Shown here piece after piece: positions 32,925 through 44,504 of a DNA stretch of 64,000 nucleotides. Origin of the DNA: Lepidodermella squamata (taxonomy: Eukaryota; Animalia; Gastrotricha). The notes below the pieces were generated by a model. It was given only the letters and a program-made list of their open reading frames with translations, did no database searches and was not told where the DNA came from. Every line of letters starts with the position of its first letter. Within the stretch, counting starts at the first letter, position 1. The DNA lies in NCBI GenBank assembly GCA_047495785.1, contig JBLDXI010000056.1, positions 434,001-498,000 of the forward strand, written 5' to 3'. The translations under genes were made by a program, and so were the position numbers.

Positions 32925-34364
32925 CTAAAGATGCTTTGCCAGTGTGTCGTGCGCATGATTGATAGCAACCAATCGCGGTGTCTCTTCTTTATTGTTGCGA
33001 ACCTCCAAACTTGCGCCACCTCTGACCAGCCGGAGTGCTGCTTCCGTAGCACCTTCAGCAGCAGCTTTATGCAGCGGAGTTTCATTCCAAATATCACAAT
33101 CATTCGGGTTGGAACCTGCTTTTAGCAGCAAGTCAACTACAGGAGCCGCGTTAGACAAGGCGGCGAAGTGAAGCGGGGTCCATTTGGTCGTAGAAACTGG
33201 TCGAATCGGCACATCATGCCGTAATAATAAATCTAATTTAGAAAACAATGGTATCGATGAATCCATAAAAGGGGAGTTCCAGCTTACCGACGATATCTGT
33301 TCGCTTGAATTTACACGCCAGGTGCATAGCATCGAGCCCATCGGAATTGCATTTTTCGGGAGAAGCGCCTTTACGCAGCAGATAATGAACAGCTGCTATG
33401 TTATTCCATTCGATGGCCAAGTGAAGCGGTGTTCTCAGTTGCGCATCATAGCTGTTAATTTTCGACTCATCGTCGATAGTAAAAGATGACAATTCGTCAA
33501 CTCCTGCCGTTTTCACCAGCTGATGAAGGCTCCTATAATGTTACTAATTAAATGCAATTTATATTCAGCTGAAAGTGAAATTTACCCAGACAAGATGCTG
33601 GCTGAGAGAGGCCTACTGATGGGCCGAACAGGCGACTGGTCGCGGGGAGTACTAGCAGCTAAGGGCTCCGATGATAGCATGCTGGTGGGACTTGCGATGA
33701 TTTCTTCAATCGCACTGTCGTCAATTGACGTCGCACGTCGAGCACCTGACGATCTATCGGCACTTGACATACAAGAAGATGTCTGCGTCAAGTAGCCTAA
33801 ATCTTTCGACGGCGTTTCAATAATCTGCGAATCGAATGCGTAGTCTGTCGAGTTGGTTTTCCGATAAGGACTTGACGAAGGGGTCGGCGGCGGAGTCTCA
33901 GGTACATTTTCCTCCTCGATATTTTCGTTCATAAGCCGAGTTTCATCGTCCTGGGGACAGCGTTTTTCTTCAGATGGTGCCTTGGTGCGACTTTTGACGA
34001 GGGCAAAATAGGCTAACGTAGCGGCGAGACTGATCAAAGAGATGAATAACGCTGTAGCTGAGGATGACCACGGTTGGTTCATCGGTCGCTGGTCGCCGCG
34101 GGACGGTGCGGTGCCAGCAGCGCCGAGCATTAACTCTTCAGGATGATTTGTCCGATGGCCAGCAGAATCAGCAGCATCGACTCCACAGCGGGCAATTAAA
34201 GCGAGAATAACAATAAGACAGCAATAATGTTGCGCACATCCTTTGTTGAGAAACGAGAGAGCAAGCACGCTATGGCCTGGGAATCGTACAAAACTCTTCC
34301 GCACAGCTGTTGTTTTTACCGTCGCGTTTCTGCGGTTGCTCCGCATCAAACCGAGTGATGACAT
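32925..34364 (-). CDS. Ankyrin-repeat protein with N-terminal hydrophobic/TM segment(s); exons 34364(start uncertain)-33586, 33532-33288, 33232-32925
   Basis: ANK motifs RTPLHLA, LDAMHLA, WTPLHFA, ETPLHKA and ETPRLVA. Two short phase-consistent introns. TM-like ALFISLISLAATLAYFALV. Confidence 0.75.
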
Positions 34365-35793
34365 GTTTGGGTGCGGCCGGCTCGCGGTGGAAACAGCAAT
34401 ATTAGCAGTAGAGTTGCTCGAAAACAGGATGCAGCTAGCCAGAAGACGATAGAAGTGCGAGGCCGTCTGTACCTAGGCTATAATGTAAAGCAACAACTGA
34501 AACACGATGCCAGCTCGCCTATAGTCGCCGTTTTGTCGAGTAATGACGACCACCTAAATAAAGGAAAAAAATCAACGGAAAATTAAAGCTGGCCGGAACA
34601 ACTCTTCTTCTTGGTACTAAACACACACAGGCAGGTAGGTGAAAGCCACATGTTCTGATTGTAAAAAAAATTATTGCTTCAAGGAACTGATAAGCCGTAT
34701 TTCGCCTGAATTGGCAATATGGCTCGCACCTGGGAACCGAAATGGCGATTTTAATTATCCAGCAAGAAGTAGTAGGCTAGACGCACAAGATGGAGACTAA
34801 AACATCATGAAAAATCAGACTAATTTTTATTATCTCGAGGAGTTGGAACCGGAAGGCTTTCCCGCATTATACAAGGACTGAGATTGAAGATAACGCGGAG
34901 GCGAAAAGCGTGGCGTTCTTCCGGCCAAGCTTTTACAAAGGCGACGCATGTGATAAGCGGCGGCCCATTCAGCAATACGCCTTAATTCGCTCTGAAAAAA
35001 ATTGAGGCGCCTGCCACGCTCGTGCCTCCGTCGCGAAACTGTTACGCAACTTGAAATGAAAATTGAACCATCAATAGAAAAAAGAGCCAGCACGCGATTT
35101 TCTTCATTTTTTGTTTTATTTTTTTTCGCTCGGACACAATTTACAATTTCAACTCGGCGGCGGCGACGACTCAAGGAATGGCCGAGTTGCGAGTTGAGCA
35201 TACAAAACTGAGCTTGACCTCACCGAGCTTTCGTTTTTATTGTGGATGATAAATAGAAAAAACAAAGGATACTGAGATGGTGTCCACCAAAGCGGTTTTC
35301 CACCAAAATCAAACAACAATAGCAGTATCGCAGCACGAAAAACAGAGCATTTTTCAAGAGACTATTTACACCGAATGAGAGCGGCAGAAAAACTCAACGT
35401 AACCGATGGCCACCATCCAACATCCCGAAAATACGTATAACGAGTAAAAAATATTCCACCTACAACTGATCGATTTTCGAGTGTTTTTTACAGTTTTTTC
35501 GCATTTTTTCCAAACAATATAATGTATCCGAAGTATATGGCATCTTCCGCTCGGCTTCTCGTTTCAACGCAGGTATTTGTAGTTGCTAGAGTAGTAAATA
35601 GACTCGAGAGAACCATGAGCGTTGACATAAATATAATAAGGATGAGGTAAATAATATTATCATATAGCATAAGTAGTATGTAAGTAGTACAACTAAAAGA
35701 AATGATCACAATTTACACTCAGATCGACACTGGCGTCCAGTTTTTCATCTGCTGCTGCTGTTTGCTGAGGTTGAACAGACAAAGGGAAGCCCT

Positions 35794-38700
35794 TCACAGG
35801 TAGAACAGCTTGTCGCGCAGTTTGACGTGCGGCTCGCTAAGCAGCACCTGCCCGACTTGTCCGGCTAGCCGATCGGCGTACACGACAGGGGCCGGCGAGC
35901 GAACGGTGCCGGGCCTGCAAAAATACCGAAAAATTACCAAATCGAAAATTAATATTGCGCAGGTCGAAAACTGCGTAATCAAAATAATATTTGAAGAAAT
36001 AAAATGACACAATTACTTATTATCAATTTTCCTTATTATGAGGCCGCACGGGAAAAATTGAAAAAGCAGCTCAAAAAAGCACTTTTTATACCATCAGATT
36101 TTAATGAATCTTGAAATTTCCCTCATTTTCTCTCGAAAAGTTGAAATCTACGGTTTTCTTTTGTTTTCATTGCAGTTTCGGTGTCACAATTATCAACAAT
36201 TGCGAAAGTGAGAAAAACTGCGCTCCAGAAAGTTCATTAATCATGGCAGATATTCAACAGGGTGGCCAAAAAATTGGGCATAGCAGGAATTCGCTGCGCA
36301 TCAATTTAATGAGGAGTTTTAAGAAGTTGAAGAATTTCAAGCATTCTTTTTCCAATGGAATTCCTCAATTTCTTGAAACTCCTCATTAAATTGATGCGCA
36401 GCGAATTCCCGCTCTGCGGAATTTTTTGGCCACCCTGTAAAAACGTCTAAAAATTTGGTAGTAACTATAGAAACCAGAAATTCAAGGGCCGGATTTTCCA
36501 AATAGAATTTCAATTCCCAGCAAGTAGTTGAAAATATCAAGAAGAAGAACTGACCAGTTGTAGTAGAGATGCGTGAACTTCCAGGTGAGGCGCTGGATCT
36601 GCGAAGCCGTGTACTTGGACGTGTCCTCGATCACGACGTAGTGCGTCGGCGACACGGCGCCCTGCCGCACCGCCTGCGACACCAGGTAGAAGTCGTACCA
36701 GCCCGTCTCGCCGATCATGCGGTCGACGACCGTGCCCGGTGGCGGGTTCGAGTAGTTGCCACCGCCGCCGCTGTCACCGCCCCGAGACATCGGCCTGCCG
36801 CCGCCGCCGCCGCCCAGTGGGTTGAAAATGCGGACGCCGATGCGTTTGACGCAGACGATGAAGACGAACTCGGGGCTGTAGGCGCCGTCGGTGCCCTGCT
36901 GCTTGAACGCCTCGCGGATCTGCTTGATCTCGAACTCCTGCGACATCTTGAACTGCGAGCCGCTGAGGCCGTCGCGGAACACGATGATCTTCTTAGGCAG
37001 GGCGCCGTTGACCTGGCGGTAGGCGGCGAGCAGCTTCGAGAAGCCGAGCGCCACGCCGTGCGCCGCCTCCTCGCCCGGCATCTGCCGGCACGCCTCGCTG
37101 TAGTAGCGCGTCTGCTGCTGGTTCAGCGAGCCGACGAGCGCCACCCACGACGGGTTCTTGCGGCCCGGGTCGTGGAACACGTCCAGGCCGACGACCATCA
37201 GACCCGCCGGCGGCATCGACATGCCCCACAGCTCGCCGCCCAGCTTCGCCTCGATCTGCAGGAAAATGCGCCGCACGATCGACGTCACTTTCTTCGGGTT
37301 GCCGAGCTAGATTAAATAGCGAATAAGAAAACTAGGCGAATAGAGAGAGAGAGTAAGCGTGCTTACCGTTTTAGCGATGATGCACTGCGATGGGACGCCG
37401 ATGGAGTTGCACTCCTGTTTCACGGCCTTGTAGTGCTCGTCGGAGCGCGAGCCCAGGATGACGACGATCATCGACGGCTGGCGAGTGGCGGCCGCGCGAA
37501 TCGCCGAGATGTACTCGCTGGCACGCGGCGACTGCAGAGTCTGCTCGAACGGCGGCTCGACATCCACGGAGACTTGGCGCGAAGTCTACGAATTCACAAA
37601 ATAGCAGCATTTCGTATGGAAATTTCCAACAGGACAACAACAACACAACAATAAAATGGACAAGAACTGTTCTCTAAAATTCTAAAATTCTGCAATTTTC
37701 CAGTGATTTTCGTCCAATTAACAAAAAGAAACATCAAATAGTGAATTTCGGGACATGAGCGAAAAATGACGCCAAAGAAGATCATGCAAAATAGAAAAAG
37801 CTGCTGAAGTATGACGCGATCGAAGTGAAATAAATTGAAAAGGTGTTTACCTGCATAGTGAGCTGAAGGAATTCCTGGGCTTCACGGCTGTTGTTGCGGC
37901 CGTAGACAATGACCCAGTTGCCGACGGGCACGGTGACGAGCGGCCGCGCGCGGTTGATGTGGTTCGAGAAGTCGCCGGCGTCGTACTGGTCGCAGCGCTC
38001 CGCCTCGGCGCCGCGGCCGCCCGTGAAAATCGTCTCGGGCGCGTACAGGTGCCCGTCGACCTTGACGAGGTCGGGCGTGACCGACAGCTTCCACTTGGCG
38101 AGGATCTGCTGGCACTCGGGCGAGCGCTGCACCGAGTTCAGGAACGTGCGGATGGCGCCGACACGCGCGACCGGCGTCAGCCGCGTGAACTCGCCCACGT
38201 CGCGCATCAGGTTGAAGTTCGACCGCTGCGAGTCCGCCAGGCCGGTCAGGTAGCACAGTTCCGGAATCAGAAGCACCTACACGCAATAACACGCAATTGA
38301 TAACAATTTACATTTTCAAAATCATTCAACAGCAATTTACGAGTGAATAATTCGGGGCCATAAAAGCAACTACCGAACTGCCCGAAAAAATGTCAGCCTC
38401 AAATAAATGTCAGAGGTTAGAGGTCGCTCGAAAACATAAATGTCAGGTCAGTGGCGGGTACAATACTGAAGTTCACTAAAATAAGGTAATTTTAGCCATT
38501 CTGATTGGATATAATTTCTACTCTTGGCACTTAGAAAGGTCAGGGACCAATATTCAAACTACGTAGAATCTCAGGGAAATGTATGCCATTTTAGTTAACT
38601 AGGCAGTTACTTGTTGGTTCGGATAAATAAATGTCAGCTCTTTTAAACGTCAGGGGTTAATAAACGATAGAAAAAAATGTCATGGTTTTTGTTTCGGGCA

Positions 38701-41700
38701 GTAGGGTAGTCGCGATTGCCACTTTGTGCCAATTTTGTGAAAACGAAAAGCTATGAAACCACAGTCTCGGGGTTGCACAGTCTGATGTTCAAACTGCGTC
38801 TAAAATCTATCCGCTCATCCACACTGCCAATAAAACGCTCCGATCTACACCATGCACTGCAACGCGAATTTTCGTCACTGATATCTAACCTGGTAGGACA
38901 GCGCGACGATGACTACTCTTATCAAGGGATCAACCGCCCTTCTAATATGATGCGTCAATTTTCTTCCCTTTTAGTTCCACATTCAGTATGGGTGCGAGCA
39001 TGAATCTGCGGCCATCATTGTTGCTCAACGCGATCGTGGAGTCGTCATTAATTCGCGTGGTTTGATGCTGCATCCCTCTGGCGTGATGGCTGCTGGTCCT
39101 GATGGCGATTATGGTTACCTGATGGTAAACTTTCAGTCTTGCAGCTAACATCGATTTGATCCCAAAGCTGCCCTTGTAGACTCCGATTATGGCATTGAGC
39201 TCATCGCTCGCGATACGTTTCGATTCAGGGATAAATCCATCTTCTATGACTAAGTACAAGCTCAGCTATATACTACTGATAGGACCAATTGTATTTTCAT
39301 ATTATATCTACCTGATTCTAGTTTTATTAAGGACGTTCCTCGCCATCCAAATGGGAAGAAACATTTAACCCATACTTTTATTGGAAAGATGTTTTCACTG
39401 CTATTCGTCTCATGTTGGTTCTCTTGAATCTGAAGTTGAGTAAAATTCTCAATTACCTGCGCGCTATTTGGCGCTGTTTTGTTTAATGTTCCGTGAGGCT
39501 CTATTTCTGAATGCTCAAATCATGTCTTCGTTCAGCCTTTCCTTTTATACGCACGCTTGTTCAGACCCTGCCATCACAGCAGTGCGTAACACCGAACCTT
39601 TGAATGAAGTAAGCTTGAGCCCCACTTATTTGGCAATGTATTTATTTGTTATTCCCTTATCCTTGCTTAGGAGACTCTTCCCGTCATCGACCAGGGCCAG
39701 CCTTGCTTCATTGCTGTTAAGAAGCCCGACACTTTACTCGTGATGGCGGAGCAATTCAACTAATTTCGTTGTGTTCTTATTATAATTATTTTATATTTTA
39801 TTTCATTCTTTCCTTAATCCTGTGCCTTGAGAATTCTAATGTGCCAATAAAATGCCGACCAGAGATTAAAAATGATTTTTATAACAATGGTGAACCCGCG
39901 GGAAATAGCAGCAGCTGAAAGTAGGTGAACGAAGATGAAACAGATAAGCTGAACCGAACTGAATCAAATCAGGTGAAAGGAGGGGTCAAAACTGTTTCAC
40001 CTCCGTTCATCAGTAGCGTAGATAAAAATTGATAGAGCCGATAAAAAACTAATAAACAGGTACTTACGGTTCGCTCGGGCGGGGCCGGTCCCTTCGGCCC
40101 GCCCTTGCCGCCCCACTTGCCGGCCTTGAGCTTGCTGATGAGCAGCGGCTGCCGCGCGTCCTGCAGCTCGATGCCGTGCTGCGTGCGGTAGTAGTCGATG
40201 AACGAGATCACGTTGCCGTTCGACTGCTCGAACGTCGACAACGGGTTCTTGTCCCAGTCGATGTCCTCGATCTTGTACGTCCGGTTGTTGTACCGCGTCG
40301 ACACCACCTCGTTCAGCACTTGCCGCGTCATTTCGTTGCGCACGTCGCCGCCCCGCGATTCCGCCGTGATGCGGCGGAACAAATTCAGGACGGTCTCCGA
40401 GCGCAGCACGTGCGAACTCACGTCCATTTCGACGAGAAGAGCGCCGTCTTGGCTGCGTTTGCAGCTCGTCGCGAATCCAGGCCAGATTTCGAGCTGATGT
40501 TGCCGCAATTCATGCCGCACCTTGGGGTTGTCTAATAAACACAAAAATCCCAAAATTAATACGAAAACACAATTCGAGTTCATGGCTGGATTCGAGATAG
40601 CAACTGCAATATATTTAGCCTAGGCTGCGCTGACTTTCGAGGCTAAGGCAAATATTTCCTGGCACAAGGCGACCTCTATGTTACAGCTAGGAGATTCCGG
40701 TGACTTTCGAGAGGGAGCAAAAGATTGCCATCATTACCAGCTAGGCCACAGGCTAGAAATATTTTATATTATATTACCCGCTAGAAACCCACTATTTCAT
40801 GGATGTGACTATGAGAACAATGCTTGAGCAAATTCCATGTTCTTCTATTTTGTTTCAATCGCTATTCAGTGAACATTTGATCTACTATTAGAGCTTTTCC
40901 ACTGGAATTTTATCCATAATGCCATAATGCTATCAATTGCAGATTTCTTGGTTTATTCTACCAGGCTCCATCGATTCAGTTACCTACGATCAGCGTTGAA
41001 GAGCACTGATTACTTATTACTATTTCTGCTCCCGATTTCTACAATACAATTCCACCATTTTAAGAGTGGATCAATGCACCAAGACCAAGCCGCTGATCGA
41101 ACCGAGAAGGGGTTACCGCTAGACCGCTCGCGACATGCCTATTACATACAGCTCGACATAGCGCTGACTAACTTAGCTCACGAGGCCATGATTGAGAAAA
41201 ATCGTAAGATATGCCTCATCGTGGACAACTGCCCGTCCCATCCGCAGGACATAGAATTGGAAAATATCAACCTAGTATTTCTGCCGGATAACACCACTAG
41301 TAAAACCAAACCTATAGACCAAGGTGAGAAACTTTCAACTCTCAACATGAGTACAGGTGAAAACTACATATGACGTCAATTTTTGCAGGAGTTTTATCCG
41401 CAATTTGAAATTTGAGTACAGACAGTTGCTCTTCCAATACTTGGTCCGAGAGATGGAGTCGAAACATTTCAAAACGTACAAACAACTCAATTTTACTCTC
41501 ATGGACGCCATCACATTCTTGCGGGTGGCTCAAGACCAAGTCTTTGCAAGTCTTTTTTTAAATACAAAATCCCGAAGACTAGTCTTTAAGCAAATCAAAT
41601 ATTAGACAAGTTGATCTGCTGAAAATGTATCCCATGTAGCTTTTAAAATAAACCAGCGGTTGCTATTGTAAAAATGCAACAAAAACGTACAGTAGTGGTT

Positions 41701-43220
41701 GTCGCGGCCGATGCGGACCCACTCGAGCGCCTCCATGAGCTTCTTGATGATGCCGTTGAAGAAGAACATGAGGTTGCCGAGCTGCACGACGTTCGTGAAG
41801 TTGATGGACACGGTGACGGGCGAGCCGGAGACCGGGTGCGTCGCCTTGACGCGCACCGAGCCGAGGTTGATCGGCAGGAACAGGATGCCGCCGCCGTCGT
41901 AGTTCGCCACCGGGCCGATGACGTCGACGACGGCCGGCGAGCGCATCGTCTGGATGCGCAGCCGGAAGTTCTCCACGTCCGGGTCGAACGAGACGTGGTG
42001 CTGGCACAGGCCGTTGCCGGGCAGGTCGCACTGCACGCGCAGGTAGTTGACCTCCGTCGGCAGGATCGACTCGGGCGCCTGGTCCGCGAACTTCTTCGCC
42101 GGCCGTGGCATCTCAGGTGGGCGTTCGCGTCTACCTGGCGGGCCCCGAGCTCCGCCTGCCGCTGCTCCTCCTGCTGCTGCTGAGGGGGCCTCCGACGATC
42201 GCGCCTTCTCTACTAACGTTGCGGCTTGTTGCAGCAGTGCCGGCGGGGGCTTCGAGGCGGCTTGCTGGGGTGGGCTTGTCGCGACTGCCTCTGGTCCGGC
42301 GGCCTGTGACGGCGGTCGCGGTTCAGCGGTCTCAGGGCGAGAAGTTGCAGTGGCGGGCCTGCAAATGAAAACACACATTAAACTTTGTAAATTAGAGATA
42401 TCCGATCATAGCGATGAATTTGGAATCATAGATAAGTGGCCATCAAGCTTTGGAATTTTCATTCCCAAAAATTGTCAAGGAGCATCGGGGCTTGAAATGG
42501 AAATGTTGATTTTACCTAAGTAAGCAATAAATAAAGAAGCTAACTATTCACAACCCGAAGCTTAGAAATCAATTTTGGCCCTTCAAAGCATCAAACTTTC
42601 AAAATATGCTTGAGAAGGGCTTCGAAATCTGTAGAAATAAATGTCTAATGTTAGGGTATCTTCGACATCGAAAATAAGAAACTTCAAAATCACCAAGCAT
42701 TCTTCTTATACTACAAAACACAACAGTGAGGAAGGAACCAGTAACTATTCAGGCTGAACTTCATATTTCATCTTTAGCCAAATAATCTAATATATCCATA
42801 AAAGGTATTGTAGGTCAGGCCGAGCCTCATTAGCCGATTTCAGTTCGATAGTAGAGATATTTCCTGAATTTGAGAGCCCCGACAAATGAACTCAAAATCA
42901 TTCGGAGGCATTCGAAGGATAGGTCTCGTATATAGAGAAAGAAAATAGGCATTCCAAACAATAGGAACAGCTGGTAACCGTTCAAGTCCCCAAATGTTAG
43001 TCTTAATTTCTGAAATTTGGTTTCCGCTTTTAGAAAGCTAAATCAGTAACCAGGATCTCCAAAACTACTGACGAAATGACTCGAATGCCAAATTGTCGTT
43101 CTAAAAGTTGAAGATGGATTAAGAAGCAAACCGTGAAGTAGCGAGGCGCTGCATCAAGGCGGCGGCGCGTCCGCGGGCCTTGGGCGCCGGGGGTTGATTG
43201 CTGGGATCGCCTTCCGACAT
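35794..43220 (-). CDS. piwi: PIWI-clade Argonaute; exons 43220-43132, 42358-41691, 40531-40068, 38276-37851, 37585-37367, 37306-36555, 35914-35794
   Basis: ARGRA N-terminal motif; LEIWPGF; PAZ (TRYNNRTYKIEDIDW, QPLL, LIPELCYLTG); MID (YKAVK, VPSQC, QIEAKLGGELW); PIWI (VGLDVFHD, FRDG, NPPPGTVVD, DFYLVSQ, SPTHY, HLYYNWPGTVR); terminal KLFYL. All junctions are phase-consistent. Confidence 0.95.
36258..36437. mobile_element. Foldback MITE (180 bp), Tc1/mariner-type ends, in piwi intron 6
   Basis: Ends cagggtggccaaaaaatt ... aattttttggccaccctg|ta. Internal arms ggaattcgctgcgcatcaatttaatgaggagttt / aaactcctcattaaattgatgcgcagcgaattcc are perfectly complementary. Confidence 0.85.
38366..38713. mobile_element. 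MITE (about 350 bp) in piwi intron 3
   Basis: 22-bp imperfect TIR gcaactaccgaactgcccgaaa / tttcgggcagtagggtagtcgc (3 mismatches). Internal aaatgtca(g) repeats near both ends. Confidence 0.65.
38940..39400 (-). mobile_element. Decayed Ty3/gypsy-like pol fragment (RNase H, then integrase Zn-binding region) in piwi intron 3
   Basis: Peptides GLNVSSHLDGEERP (cf. GLGAVLSH..DGEERP) and then FIPESKR...GSFGIKSMLAARLKVY (cf. IP...HxGHFGI..M...AR..VYWP), in gypsy domain order. Confidence 0.45.
41180..41545 (+). mobile_element. pogo/Tigger (DDE_1, CENP-B-like) transposase fragment, antisense in piwi intron 2
   Basis: RKICLIVDNCPSHP...INLVFLPDNTTSKTKPIDQG, then IRNLKFEYR...TLMDAI. Frameshifted and truncated. 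Confidence 0.85.
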
Positions 43221-44504
43221 TCCGGCGATCGGCAAAACACGCTAAATCTTCTCGTGTAACACGAATCTGCGCAACGGGTGGTTGTTGTTTTCTTCTAGTA
43301 ATATTCTAGCAGCGAAATGTATCTTCTTCAGCTGCCACGTAAATTTCGAACAATTTCACAACTTCAGCTTCTTCTTCAGCTCTTCTTTTTTTGCGAAAAA
43401 TTGAGAACAAAAACCTACACAAAATAGTTGTTGCAATGAATCAATCGTTTTCATCATCGTTTTACTTTGAAAATTCCTCTCACTCTTCGAAATTGATAAT
43501 TCCTTTTTTCCCATCGACCAGTAATGCAATCGATAATAAGAACAGTCGCAGTAGTAGCAATTATAAACATTGAAAATAAAACAATTTTTCGTCAATGCCC
43601 AACAAAACAACAGCTGATAGTCAATAATAATCAGGTTAACAAACGAAAAAGGGGCTTTCAATTAAAATCGGGGACTAGCATTCCTCCATCGCGTAATAAT
43701 GAGACAAGAAAAAAATATATAGATCATTCAAATTCGATGCGTAAAACAATAAGTCATGAGGCGAATTATGTATTAAGATCGTCGCCATCATAATTCTTCA
43801 GATACAGATCAATGGTATTTGGTTGGCAGCGAGAAAAGTTTGCAGATACGGCGAGAGAAAATAATAAGTAAAGAAACTATAGAAGGCATCAATCATCGCA
43901 ACGAAGAAAATAAAATATTAGAGACAATCCCGACAATTATTATTAGTGTGGAGATGGCAATGTTTTCCGCTGCTGCTGCTATTCGCTTTTTCAACAAAAG
44001 GGCAAACACTGAATTGCAACTGTCCACGTGACCACTTACTTTCAAACAGCGAGCCATTCATAGATAGATACTTATTATAGGTATTTTAGATAGAATTTTT
44101 CAAGTTATCAGAACAAGGCAGTTCACCGGACGTGCGTTGCTGCTCGTAGTTGAATTTCTTGCTGCAAAATATCATCAGATAAATCCATACATGTATAAGA
44201 GACCGAACGGGGAAGTGAAATACCAATAGTTTTTCATGTTGCGCTATGCTCTCAGGTTTTGTTGTTGTTGTATTCTCAACGAACGATGGCGGCGACAAGC
44301 GAGACAACTCAGTAATGTATAAGACAAGCATCATCACCATCAGAAAAAATAGCTGGCTGGCGGCGGGGATAGATAGGATGGAGAAGACAAATATATGCCA
44401 ATTCGATTTTTCAAATTCAGGTTTGTTTTTTCGAAAGACGAGTTTTTTCATCTGTTTGTATAGAGAGAGCCTCATTTCATTCAATCATTCAGTCAACTTG
44501 ACGC

